Shown piece after piece: positions 1 through 11,092 of a stretch of DNA of 64,000 nt. Position 1 is the first letter of the stretch; every line of letters begins with the position of its first letter. This DNA comes from Mobula hypostoma. Lineage: Eukaryota. The stretch spans positions 100,504,001 through 100,568,000 of the forward strand of contig NC_086107.1 of assembly GCF_963921235.1 (NCBI RefSeq), given 5' to 3'. A program made the translations under genes and the position numbers. Under the pieces are notes generated by a model. The model was not told where the DNA came from. It made no database searches and worked only from the letters and a program-made list of their open reading frames with translations.

Positions 1-1247
1 GGATGTCATAGGGAGAGTGAATTGAGAAGGACCGGTAGATGTTGTGTATTTAGATTTGCAAAAGTCACATGAAAAGCCAGTGCATAAATTAAGAGCCCAA
101 GGTACTGGAAAAAATGTGTTAGCTTGGATTGAAAACTGTCTATCACATAGCAAACAAATTTGGAACAAGATTCAAAGTTTCAAAGTACAATTATTATTAA
201 AGCATGTATGCAGTATACAACCCTGAGATTCATTTTCCCACAGACAGTCACGAGCCAAAGAAAACCATGAAACCCCCAACAGGCAAAAAAAAGAACAAAT
301 CGTGCAAACGGCAAAAGTGAGCAAAAAACCCCACAGAATATAAAACACCAAACTACAAAGTAATCGAAACAGTCCAGAAATGTTCAGTTCAGCTTAATCC
401 AGCATTAACTGCAGGCTACATAGCCAGTCGCTCCAATCAAAATTGCACAAAATAACAACAAAGAAAAAGGAGCAACAGAAACCGGAAACACATCATAACA
501 TGACCCATGGAGTCTAATCACCATCTGCGTTGATTAATTGAGTCTTTGAGGGATGCAACAAGTAAAGTAACCCAGAGATCAGTTCTTAACCCTCAATTGT
601 CTATTATTTTTATTAAAGACTGGGAGGAGGAAAAAGATGCAAGGTTTTGAATTTTACTATGATGCTGAAATACTATAGGTTATGATGAGGACCTTGTGAT
701 ACTGCAGCAGATAGATTGAGTAATTGGACAAACATTTAACAAGTGGAATTTAATGTCAGGAAGTATGAGTTATGCACTTTGGTAAGAGGATTCAAAAGGC
801 AACTATTATCTAAATGGGGAGGAACAGTAAATAAGTGAAGTTCATTTCGATCAGGGGTTCCCAACCTTTTTTATGCAATGGATAAATACCATTAAGCAAG
901 GGGTCCATAGACTCCAGGCTGGGAACCCCTGATCTAGATTTTCTAATGCATGAAGCACAAAAATAGCAGCAGTTGACAAATTGTTAAGAGCACAGCTGGC
1001 ACACTGGCCTCTTATGCAAAGAGGCTAAAGTTTAAGAATAGGGAGGTTTTTGTTACATTTTTACTGGTCTTGTTGAGGTCTCACTTGGAAAACAGTGCTC
1101 AATTTTTGTCCCCTTACCTAAAACAAAAGTTTTACCCATATTGGAGAACATCGAAAGGAGAATCCCCAATCTAATTGCTGGGATGAGGGGGCTGTCCTTT
1201 CAAGAGGGGTGAGGCAATTTGGCTCTGTTTTCATTGGAATTTAGAAG
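1..1247 (+). mobile_element. Degenerate CR1-type LINE ORF2 (RT) fragment, interrupted by younger inserts; resumes near 2368
   Basis: Relic CR1 motifs: 'gtagatgttgtgtatttagattt' (VDVVYLDF), 'atgcactttggtaagagga' (MHFG), 'gaggtctcacttggaaaacagtgctcaatttttgtccc' (RPHLEYCVQFWSP-like). Same family as the CR1 at 47483-52104. Many stops. Confidence 0.7.
852..931. mobile_element. ~80-bp hAT (Charlie-like) MITE, copy 1
   Basis: TIRs CAGGGGTTCCCA...TGGGAACCCCTG; 8-bp flanks atttcgat/atctagat; related copies at 2452, 39533, 59758. Confidence 0.8.
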
Positions 1248-1424
1248 TGTTTGTATCACCTTCCTTTGAGTTTGCTCTATTTTGCACCATTCTGTTTTTT
1301 AAAAATTCTCCTCACTGTATTTATGGTTGCATTTATTATTACCATGTACACTGTTAACACTGGAAGTTTCACAGGAGCAAGGAATTTCATTGTACCCAGT
1401 GTATATGACAATAAACTAACCTGC

Positions 1425-2367
1425 CATAGTTGGATGCATCAGCAAGGGAGATGAGGCTGAGTACAGGGCTACGGTAGGAAACTTTGTCACATGGTGTGAG
1501 CAGAATTATCTGCAGCTTAATGTGAAAAAGACTAAGGAGCTGGTGGTAGACCTGAGGACAGCTAAGGTACCGGCGACCTCTGTTTCCATCCAGGGGGTCA
1601 GTGTGGACATGGTGGAGGACTACAAATACCTGGGGATACGAATTGACAATAAACTGGACTGGTCAAAGAACACTGAGGCTGTCTACAAGACGGGTCAGAG
1701 CTGTCTCTATTTCCTGAGGAGACTGAGGTCCTTTAACATCTGCCGGACGATGCTGAGGATATTCTACGAGTCTGTGGTGGCCAGTGCTATCATGTTTGCT
1801 GTTGTGTGCTGGGGCAGCAGGCTGAGGGTAGCAGACATGAACAGAATCAACAAACTCATTTGTAAGGCCCGTGGTGTTGTGGGGATGGAACTGGACTCTC
1901 TCACGGTGGTGTCTGAAAAGAGGATGCTGTCCAAGTTGCATGCCATCTTGGACAATGTCTCCCATCCATTACATTATGTACTGGGTGGGCACAGGAGTAC
2001 ATTCAGCCAGAGACTCATTCCTCTGAGATGCAGCACAGAGCGTCATAGGAAGTCATTCCTGCCTGTGGCCATCAAACTTTACAACTCCTCCCTTGGAGGG
2101 TCAGACACCCTGAGCCGATAGGCTGGTCCTGGATTTATTTCATAATTTACTGGCATAATTTACATATTACTATTTAACTATTTATTACTATTTTTTCTAT
2201 TACTATTCTATTACTATTTATTATTTCCATGACTATTACTATTTACTATTTACTAATAGTAGTATTACTATTACTATTTCTATTACTATTTATTATTTAT
2301 GGTGCAACTGTAACGAAAACCAATTTCCCCCGGGATCAATAAAGTATGACTATGACTATGACTATGA
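1425..2367 (+). mobile_element. 5'-truncated Rex1/Babar-type LINE
   Basis: ORF 1522-2121 encodes the RT C-terminal region (KKTKELVVD, YKYLG, LYFLRRLRSF); AATAAA followed by a (TATGAC)n tail; closely similar to the minus-strand copy at 15408-17290. Confidence 0.85.
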
Positions 2368-2451
2368 ATTTAAATGAGGGGTGACCTTATTCAAACATAT
2401 AAAATCCTCAGGGGACCTGGGTGGGTAGGTGTTGAGATGTTTACACTAGTG

Positions 2452-2520
2452 CAGGGTTCCCAACCTTTATATGCCATGGACCCCTACCGTTAACCATGGA
2501 TCTCCAGTTAGGAACCCCTG
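2452..2520. mobile_element. hAT MITE, copy 2
   Basis: CAGGGTTCC...GGAACCCCTG termini; 8-bp TSD cactagtg/cacttgtg. Confidence 0.75.
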
Positions 2521-3037
2521 CACTTGTGGAAGTTTCACAAACAAAGGGACGTACTGTAGCTACTACTTAAGAGCTACATAGACATTTCTTCTGTGAAATT
2601 CCTTTCCCTCAAGAATGGGCAAGGCCTTATTGTTAGATACATTTATAAGGGAGATAGTCAAATATCAGCTCAGCAGCACCTTGAATTCCTCAGGAGCCTA
2701 AAGACATTTGGCATGTCCCCTTTGGCCCTCGCCAGGTTTAATAGATGGACCAGGGAAAGCTTTCTATCCATTTGCATCACGGTTCGGTATGGCGGTTGTT
2801 CTGCCCATGACCACAAAAAAAACTGCAGAGAATTATGGACACATCTCAGCACTTCACCAGACTGTCCTTCATGGACTCTGTCACTGTTTTGGTAAACAAG
2901 TCAGACTAATCAGGGATCCCACCCACCCTAAACATTCCCCCCACCCCAATCTCACATTTGCTTCTTAGGGCCTTGCACCTTAAGGCATTTGTTTGACTTT
3001 GTTGGGTCTACGTTTTAAATGACTTGTTTGTAACTAT

Positions 3038-3896
3038 TGTTACGTACCCCGTAACTGGGTTGCCAAACCAGCAGAAATGGATCACTCAGTTGGAGTCTGG
3101 AGTACTAGAACTAAGAAAGTTTTATTAAAGAAACAAGCAACACAGTAATCGAAAGGATAATAAATGCAACAGTTCAGTGATGATAAACACATGTGCACAG
3201 AATTAAGATAACAGCATCAATCAAGCTCTATCGTTGTCTAGGGGTTAAATGACCAATTTCAAAATGACTCAAAGTTCAGTCCAGTTTGTAGTTCAGTTCG
3301 CAGTAATCGTTGCCATGGCGATGGACAAGGTGGGGGAAGAGAGACAGAGATAGAACAGGAACAACTGATCATTCAGAACAGCTTCACTCACAGACCAGCG
3401 GGATGGCTCACAAACAGCATTTGGGCGGGTCCTTGGTGATGTCACCTGAGGTCACCGACTGTGACCCCTCCTCCAGATGCGGTCGATCCTCTGCAGTGAA
3501 CCCGGCACCCAGGCAAGGGCGGACACACACCGGGTTCCCGCTGATCGTACCTTTCCACCCTGTGCGTTGTCCGGTACTTCTCATCACTCGTGAGAGGCGC
3601 ACCGCTTCCAGGGTCTCGTTACCTCGGGTGGCGTGTGTCTGTCTTAGCGAACCTGTCCCTTTTTATCCCCCTGCTGGGGTATCGCCTGTCCATCACTTCA
3701 AACAGTTCAGGGCTCAAAGGGGGGAGCCGCTCCAGACAGCTCTTCCTCCCACATCCCTTCATTACACATCTCCAGACGCTGCTCCATTGTTCCTTATCTC
3801 TCCTTCCCCTGAGGGCAGGTGGCAGACCAACTGCTGATGCCACTGATGCTAGCCCAGGCCAGCAAACATCTTAATTTTATGTGTATTCTCGTAACA
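3038..3896 (-). repeat. Gypsy 3' LTR (859 bp)
   Basis: tgttacg...cgtaaca inverted termini; matches 6976-7834 (offset 3938); minus-strand AATAAA at 3121-3126. Confidence 0.95.
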
Positions 3897-3910
3897 CTTC
3901 CCCCCTTTAA
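3897..3910 (-). promoter_or_regulatory. Polypurine tract of the Gypsy element
   Basis: Minus strand reads ttaaaggggggaag directly before the 3' LTR. Confidence 0.8.
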
Positions 3911-4068
3911 GGATTTTTACCGGGAGGTAAAAATTACAAACATGACTACATTATCTGATACATACACAATATACATCTTTAACAGTTATTTAGCTAATAC
4001 AGAGAATTTGAAGCTGTCAATACCTTGACAGACAGTCATCACATTTTCTGTTCCTTTTACACGTGTTA

Positions 4069-6876
4069 TTAATAATCCCTTAGACCAGGCTCCAACTCAG
4101 CAAACTTCATAGTGGCCAAAAACACTGATGAATTGCGACCAATGTAACCTCTCATTTGGTTTTGTCCCGGACCACAACAACAAGGGTCGTCCCATTCCGA
4201 CTCAATTTTCCCTCGCAAGGGCTTAGTAGGAGGGGGACGGGTATTGACCGCAGAGTTATTGCAAAACTTCCTGCAGTACCCCACCATCTCCAAAAGCCTT
4301 CTGAGGGCCCTCTTGTCTGTCGGGGTTGGGAGGTCAGCGATAGCCTGCACTGTAGCTTGCATCACTGCCAGCTGCCCCTGTGTCACCACAATTCCCAGGT
4401 AAGTGACATTCGCGTGGCCGAATTCATTTTTTCCAAGGTTCACTATCAAGCTGGCTTCAGACAGCCGTGTTAAATTGCCAATACACACCTCTGTGTTCAT
4501 CAGCCCTTTAGTCACTGAATTACTCAAAAAATATGGGTGTTGTTTGCTTGGCCGCCCTATTGTAACCGACATAACCCAACGTCCCAGTTCTTTGCATTTC
4601 CTCGGGACAATCAAACACATGGGTGCGAGTCGTTTAATTACTCCTTCGGGGATTAAGGGAGAGACCTTATCAGTAGACCTGGCCAAAACAATAGCCTTCT
4701 CCCATCTGACCGATCCCATCCTAATCTTTTCAAAATGGTTTTTTCCTCTTATCAAGGGGCCCCTAGCTTCATTGATTTCCACGCTAACACCGACTAGGTT
4801 TGTTAGCATATCAAAAGCCGGTGACCGTCTCAGTTCGCGTCGGTCATGATCAATAACATTTTTCCCCCTGGGCAGCCGGTAACTCTCTTTCATGATTCCA
4901 CCAACTGTTTCCTCCAGCACCGCAAAATGTCCACCGGGGGGTACCTCGTGGGCCATGTTAAAAACCTCATCCCCATAACTCTTTTGCACCACCCCCCACT
5001 CCTCATCTGCGGATGCTGTACTTGATTTCCCTTTCTTCCTTAGCACCTCCTTATCCGCACAATAGCTTGTCAAGGCTGTGTCAGAGAGAGCGGTCTCGGC
5101 CAAAACCATCAGCCCCTCGTCTCGCTCCTGCGTCTGCACAAATTCTTTCCTGGCTACTGCTACGTCCGTCCCAGCTCCCTCACTACCTCTTATCTCACTA
5201 CACCCTGTCTCATACAAGGTTGGCAGAAATGTTTCAGCCAAATTCACCATCGCGGGCGGGGCCTCCATGCTGGCAGGCTGACCCGTCAATCTCACGACTG
5301 GGAACACGATTCCTCCGGCGATGTCATTACCGAGCAAGACTTCCACGTCTTTCATCGGTAATTCGGACCTCACCCCAATCGTGACTAGTCCAGAGACCAG
5401 GTTGCTCTGTAAATGTATCTGGTGCAAAGGGACTGACTCTGTCCCTTCCCCAACACCTTTGACCTCTACCTCCCCAGTCTGGGTCTCTGAGCTAAACTCT
5501 AATACACTCTTCAGTATTAGTGACTGACACGCTCCCGTGTCTCTCCAGATCCGCACTGGAACTGGTTTTAACCTCTTTTTCACTGACACCAGTCCGGCCG
5601 AGATAAACCTCTCGCGCCCTTCCTGGACTTTTTCAGACCTGTCCTTCCCTAGCGGTTCGCTTAACAGCTCAATACAGCCATTCAAAATTTCCGCTTTTCC
5701 TTTCCCCGTCTCCTTCCTTGGGGCAAAGCACCTGGACGCAAAGTGTCCGACTTTCCCACAATTATAACAGACGACCCCAGGAGACTTCCTACCAGACTGC
5801 TCCCGGTCTACCTTATCCTTTTCACTAGTCCCCGGCTTACTTTCTGACTTTTCCGGTGGACTCTCCCCGCCGTCCTGACTACCCTTCTGGTAGCCTTTAC
5901 TCGGGGCAACCTTCATTTTATGCGTCAACGCATACTCATCCGCTAACTTAGCAGTTGCGGCTAACGTGGCTGCCTCTTTCTCATCGAGGTAGGGTCTCAT
6001 ACCCTCAGGGACACAACCTTTAAACTGCTCAATCAGAACCAGTTGCAGCAGTCTGTCATAATCCCCCTCTACCCCTTTCGAGGCGCACCAACGCTCACAA
6101 TATGTTTGCATCTCACGAGCAAACTCCAAATACGTGCGGTCCCACCGCTTCCTCGCATTCCGGAACCTCTGCCGGTATGCCTCCGGGACCAACTCATAAA
6201 TCCTGAGGATGGCCTCCTTCACCACCTCATACTTCTGGGCATCTTCCGCGGATAAGGCGGAGTAAGCTTGTTGGGCCTTCCCTTTCAGTACACTCTGAAG
6301 TAAGACAACCCACTTATCCCTCGGCCATTCCTGACTTATAGCTACTTTTTCGAAGTGGAGAAAGTACCGATCCACATCGGTATCGTCAAATGGGGGAACC
6401 AGCCTAACCTCCTGGGTCGCCCGGAACCCTCCACCTTGGTTCGGCACGAGCCCCTGCTCGGCCCTTATCTTTAACTTCTCCAGCTCAAATTCCCTTTCCC
6501 TCTGTTTCTCCTCTCTCTCCAACTGTCTGTCCCTCTCTCTCTCTTGCCTTTCTACCTCTCTCTCCTGCCTTTCTAACTGCTTCTCTTCGTGTTCTAACTG
6601 CCGTACCCGGAACTCGTGCTCGAGTCTCAGTTTTTCAAGCTGTACCTGTACCGCGTCTCCAGCAGGTTTTTCAATAGACACCTCCCCCAGCTCACCTTGG
6701 GGAAACACACCTTTAGATACATAGTGCTCTACAATAGCTCTGTGTATCTCCTCTCTCCTCATTGTCGACTTCACCTTAGCAAGATTCACCCGTTTTGCCA
6801 CAGCTATCAATTCCGATTTCCTGGCATCCTCTAATGCCTCCAAGGTCGGCGCCTTTATAAATTCCTCAACCTCCAT
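4069..6876 (-). CDS. Gypsy Gag (coiled coil, SCAN-like capsid, CCHC knuckle) - aspartic protease - vestigial integrase/RT polyprotein, 935 aa
   Basis: Uninterrupted ORF. SCAN-like YRQRFR...LIEQFKGCVP; CYNCGKVGHFASRC (5728-5769); RDTGACQSL (DTG at 5533-5541); integrase HH half AHEVPPGGH (4927-4953); RT pieces KQHPY and LTRLSEASLIVNLGKNEFG..TYLG..GYCRKF. No YxDD or DDE core is seen. Confidence 0.9.
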   Translation of the reverse strand: MEVEEFIKAPTLEALEDARKSELIAVAKRVNLAKVKSTMRREEIHRAIVEHYVSKGVFPQGELGEVSIEKPAGDAVQVQLEKLRLEHEFRVRQLEHEEKQLERQEREVERQERERDRQLEREEKQREREFELEKLKIRAEQGLVPNQGGGFRATQEVRLVPPFDDTDVDRYFLHFEKVAISQEWPRDKWVVLLQSVLKGKAQQAYSALSAEDAQKYEVVKEAILRIYELVPEAYRQRFRNARKRWDRTYLEFAREMQTYCERWCASKGVEGDYDRLLQLVLIEQFKGCVPEGMRPYLDEKEAATLAATAKLADEYALTHKMKVAPSKGYQKGSQDGGESPPEKSESKPGTSEKDKVDREQSGRKSPGVVCYNCGKVGHFASRCFAPRKETGKGKAEILNGCIELLSEPLGKDRSEKVQEGRERFISAGLVSVKKRLKPVPVRIWRDTGACQSLILKSVLEFSSETQTGEVEVKGVGEGTESVPLHQIHLQSNLVSGLVTIGVRSELPMKDVEVLLGNDIAGGIVFPVVRLTGQPASMEAPPAMVNLAETFLPTLYETGCSEIRGSEGAGTDVAVARKEFVQTQERDEGLMVLAETALSDTALTSYCADKEVLRKKGKSSTASADEEWGVVQKSYGDEVFNMAHEVPPGGHFAVLEETVGGIMKESYRLPRGKNVIDHDRRELRRSPAFDMLTNLVGVSVEINEARGPLIRGKNHFEKIRMGSVRWEKAIVLARSTDKVSPLIPEGVIKRLAPMCLIVPRKCKELGRWVMSVTIGRPSKQHPYFLSNSVTKGLMNTEVCIGNLTRLSEASLIVNLGKNEFGHANVTYLGIVVTQGQLAVMQATVQAIADLPTPTDKRALRRLLEMVGYCRKFCNNSAVNTRPPPTKPLRGKIESEWDDPCCCGPGQNQMRGYIGRNSSVFLATMKFAELEPGLRDY

Positions 6877-6952
6877 TTCTGCTGTTTGTCTTTTCTTTCT
6901 TTCGGGAATTTTAACCCAATCAATTTACTCCGTCCCAAATTTAGCGTTCAAA

Positions 6953-6971
6953 ATCGCGGACGAGAACCCCA
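6953..6971 (-). promoter_or_regulatory. Primer-binding site, imperfect tRNA-Pro-like
   Basis: Minus strand TGGGGTTCTCGTCCGCGAT, 4 nt inside the 5' LTR; resembles the tRNA-Pro PBS TGGGGGCTCGTCCGGGAT. Confidence 0.65.
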
Positions 6972-6975
6972 CTTA

Positions 6976-7834
6976 TGTTACGTACCCCGTAACTGGGTTG
7001 CCAAACCAGCAGAAATGGATCACTCAGTTGGAGTCTGGAGTACTAGAACTAAGAAAGTTTTATTAAAGAAACAAGCAACACAGTAATCGAAAGGATAATA
7101 AATGCAACAGTTCAGTGATGATAAACACATGTGCACAGAATTAAGATAACAGCATCAATCAAGCTCTATCGTTGTCTAGGGGTTAAATGACCAATTTCAA
7201 AATGACTCAAAGTTCAGTCCAGTTTGTAGTTCAGTTCGCAGTAATCGTTGCCATGGCGATGGACAAGGTGGGGGAAGAGAGACAGAGATAGAACAGGAAC
7301 AACTGATCATTCAGAACAGCTTCACTCACAGACCAGCGGGATGGCTCACAAACAGCATTTGGGCGGGTCCTTGGTGATGTCACCTGAGGTCACCGACTGT
7401 GACCCCTCCTCCAGATGCGGTCGATCCTCTGCAGTGAACCCGGCACCCAGGCAAGGGCGGACACACACCGGGTTCCCGCTGATCGTACCTTTCCACCCTG
7501 TGCGTTGTCCGGTACTTCTCATCACTCGTGAGAGGCGCACCGCTTCCAGGGTCTCGTTACCTCGGGTGGCGTGTGTCTGTCTTAGCGAACCTGTCCCTTT
7601 TTATCCCCCTGCTGGGGTATCGCCTGTCCATCACTTCAAACAGTTCAGGGCTCAAAGGGGGGAGCCGCTCCAGACAGCTCTTCCTCCCACATCCCTTCAT
7701 TACACATCTCCAGACGCTGCTCCATTGTTCCTTATCTCTCCTTCCCCTGAGGGCAGGTGGCAGACCAACTGCTGATGCCACTGATGCTAGCCCAGGCCAG
7801 CAAACATCTTAATTTTATGTGTATTCTCGTAACA
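6976..7834 (-). repeat. Gypsy 5' LTR (859 bp)
   Basis: Matches 3038-3896; adjacent to the PBS. Confidence 0.95.
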
Positions 7835-8416
7835 CTATTTTCTAGTTAAAGTTAAAGGTTGATAATTATGTTGCAGTATAACAAAGGTAAATCCGTTGTC
7901 TATGGTATATCACGGCATGCGATGACGTCACCTCCGGTTTCGCCGCGTCTTGGTTCAGAGAAGGTGTGAAGGTGGGTGCCATGCGTGCGGCATGATGGTG
8001 AAGAGCTCTGTTTCTATCCACAAAGAAACATTATAGAAGCAACGCCAAAGTTCACAAGAATGTATTTGAAGTAAAAATATTAACGCGGTTTCTGTTAAGG
8101 AAGTGGCGTTCCGGCTTTTCAATTTCAAATGCGGGGTGGGCTCGGGCCCGGCAGCGGTTTGACGGGACCCCCTTCGCCTGCTACTTGAGGTGGCTGGAGA
8201 CACTCGCTAAAAGAAGAGAGCGCGCGTGGTCTCCAGAATGAAACAGAAAGCTGTATATGTTTGTATTTTTTTATCAACAGTTTTCACCATACGATGTTAA
8301 TGTGGAAGAGTGAACAGTAAATGATTAACCTTACTACGACTCTGTCTTCATTGGCTCCGGTTTAACTTGGTGTTTAGTCAGAGTTTCAACACACTGCACG
8401 AGAACACTACAGTGAA

Positions 8417-11092
8417 ATGGCGAAATCATTAGACGCTTTGACAAGTGGCATGATGGCTTTGCGATCAAGCATCAAGTCGCTTGCACTCAGTGTCAAGAGC
8501 AGTAGGACGTCGACAAGTGTGGCTGCCCTCGCAAGAGCTAAAGCAGAAGCCGCCAAGGTGCGAGCGTCATACGCTAACCAAGAAGCAAAACTGAAAATGG
8601 AAGAAGCTGCTAGGGAAGCGGAAAACCAGAAGGAAAAGGTTGCCAGAGAAGCGGAAAACTAGTTGGAAAAGGCAAGGATAGATACAGAGTTAGAAGTGCT
8701 GACGCTACAACGAGAAGCTGATGTGGCCGCGGTGGAAGCACAAGTGTTGGAAAACGCTGAAGAAATGCACGTTCTAGAAAAAACAGGAAAATCTATGTCA
8801 GAAAGGGCCAAATTGGAACGCACCAGCAAATATGTCCAATCTCAAATTGACCGACAGATTCATTCTCTCTCTCCATACTTGCCTGTTGGCGTCCCATCTC
8901 ATGTGAAATCACAGGGAAGCTTCGTTGCATCGCGTCCACCTGGGGAAGACAACTCACAACTGCAACCTCGCCACAAACTCAATATGAAAGGGCTGACTAC
9001 GAATACTTCCTGACACCAAACTTAACAGATCCGGCGAGATCAGGGACAAAAGGCAGAAGTCAGAACATCAGATCCCATCATGAACGTACACGCTCAGTCA
9101 TATGTCCCCCAACATATTCCCCCAGCTAGCACGCCACCTGCAGCAGAACCCTTGGCACAGTATTTAGCATGACGAGACCTTGTCAATTCAGGACTGTACC
9201 AGTTTGATGATAAGGCTGAAAATTACTGTGCGTGGTACTCCTCATTCACCAGTGCCACCGGTGGAGTCCAGCTCTCAGCAACCCAGGAGTTGGACTTTAT
9301 GACTAAATGGCTGGGAAAGGAATCAAGTGAACAGGTGAAACGCATACACTCAGTGTATGTCAACAACCCCAAGCTGGCCTTACACAAAGCATGGGAGAGA
9401 CTTCGGGACTGCTATGCGGCCCCTGAAATTATTGAGAGGGTGCTATTTCAATGGCTGGACAATTTTCCTAGGGTGTCAGCCAAGGACTACACTAAATTAC
9501 GTGAACTCAGAGATTTACTCATGGAGATTCAAGGTGCTAAAGAAGACGCCTATTTAACTGGCCTGTCGTATCTGGATACCTCACGCGGTGTTGGACCAAT
9601 TGTGGCTGCAGGAAAGATGGGTGTCAATTGGCTCAGAGTACAAGGAAGAGAATGGTTGTTGATTCCCTCCCTTTGAGTATTTTAGTAGATTTGTGTGCAA
9701 GGAGGCGAAGAGGCAAAATGACCCTAGCTTCATGAATCAAGGCAGCACCACAACTCACACCAACCCAGTCAAACCCACTTCGAACAATTTTGTCATCAGT
9801 AACCCGTCTCAGTGCATAAAACTGAAGTCTCCGCAATCAACGATGACCCTAGCAAGAATTGTCCATTGCACAACAAACACCACCCCCTCAAAAAATGCAG
9901 AATGTTTCGAAACAAATCCTTTGATGAAAGAAAGGTCCTTCTCAAGGCAAAAAGAATATGTTTTAAGTGCTGTTCCTCTACCTCCCACCTCGCTAAAGAG
10001 TGTACATTCCCCGTAAAGTGCTCAGAACGTAACAGCACTAATCACGATGGAGCCATGCATCCCAGCCTGTCACCGCAAACTGCCAAGCTCCCACAAGAGG
10101 ATGGCGGGGAGAGAGAGCATTACTCTGATACAACAATTGTCAGCTCGAGCTGCACAAAAGTTTGCAGTCCAGGTCAGTCGAGCCATTCGTGCTCAAAGAT
10201 CTGCCTCACTAAGGTATACCCTAAGGAAGCCAAAGACAAGGCCATCAAAACCTATGTAATTCTGGACGACCAGAGCAACCGCTCACTAGTGAAACCAGAG
10301 TTCTTCAAGTTGTTCAGCCTAAAGGGTAATCCACTCCCATACTACCTCAGAACTTGCTCTGGTGTCGCAGAAACATATGGCAGGAAGGCAGAAGGCTTCC
10401 AGCTCGAGTCGCTGGATGGCAAAGTCGTCATCAGTCTCCCTGCACTTTTAGAGTGCAATGAGATCTTAAATAACCGATCCGAGATTCCGACACCAAGCGC
10501 AGTGCTACACCAGCCCCATTTCCACCACATCCCAGAACTGGATCCGGAAGCAGAAATACTCCTGCTACTTGGAAGAGACATTCTTAGGGTGCACAAAGTC
10601 AGGCAGCAGGTCTATGGACCACACAACGCCCCCTTCACCCAAAGTCTGGATCTGGGCTGGGTGGTGATAGGAGAGGTGTGCCCTGGCAACGTACACAAAC
10701 CGACAGTTAACACGCTCAAGACTAACGTACCAGAGAGAGGCCACCATTTAATTTCTCAGCCCTCCACAAGTGTTATGTGTATCAAGGAAGCACAACAAAG
10801 GCACGAGCATAGTAAAGTAACTGAGAAGACACTGGGACAGTCAGTCTTCGCTCAAACTAAGCACAATAATAAACTTGCTCCATCGGTGGAAGACGCCATC
10901 TTCTTAAAAATAACGGACACAAAGGTTTTTCAGAGATGAAGCAAACAACTGGGTCGTCCCACTACTATTCAGAGAACCATGCCAGCGCTTACCAAACAAC
11001 AAAGAGCAGGCAGTCAACCGGTTCACATCTTTACAACGAACCCTGAAAAGGAAACCTGAGACCAGTTACAGAGGTCGTTCTACTTCTACTTA
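8417..11092 (+). pseudogene. Disrupted BEL/Pao gag-protease-(RT start)-(integrase C-terminal tail)
   Basis: ORF pieces at 8417, 8663, 9290, 9693 and 9812. Coiled coil ARAKAEAAK; zinc knuckles CPLHNKHHPLKKC and CFKCCSSTSHLAKEC; BEL protease YVILDDQSNRS; RT start LPNNKEQAVNR..LKRKPE joined to terminal RPVTEVVLLL. Stops and frameshifts throughout. Confidence 0.85.

Larger units (their letters stand above)
3038..7834 (-). mobile_element. Gypsy LTR retrotransposon, Gmr1-like, non-autonomous, very recent
   Basis: Two 859-bp TG...CA LTRs with no mismatch seen by eye; 4-bp TSD CTAT (3034-3037, 7835-7838); PBS-like site and PPT on the minus strand; single 935-aa ORF. Confidence 0.95.

Noticed and set aside
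1522..2121. Host gene (ALKBH8 N-terminal-like LYFLRRL motif)
   Set aside because: This motif is the standard C-terminal region of Rex1/Babar-type LINE ORFs and recurs in many decayed copies here.
3310..3837. 175-aa ORF, duplicated at 7248-7775
   Set aside because: TTG start, lies wholly within the LTRs antisense to the element, and has no recognisable domain; the duplication just reflects LTR identity.
4069..6876. Domesticated host SCAN/zinc-finger or Gag-derived gene
   Set aside because: Flanked by identical LTRs, PBS, PPT and a TSD, so it is a recent mobile copy, not a fixed host gene.
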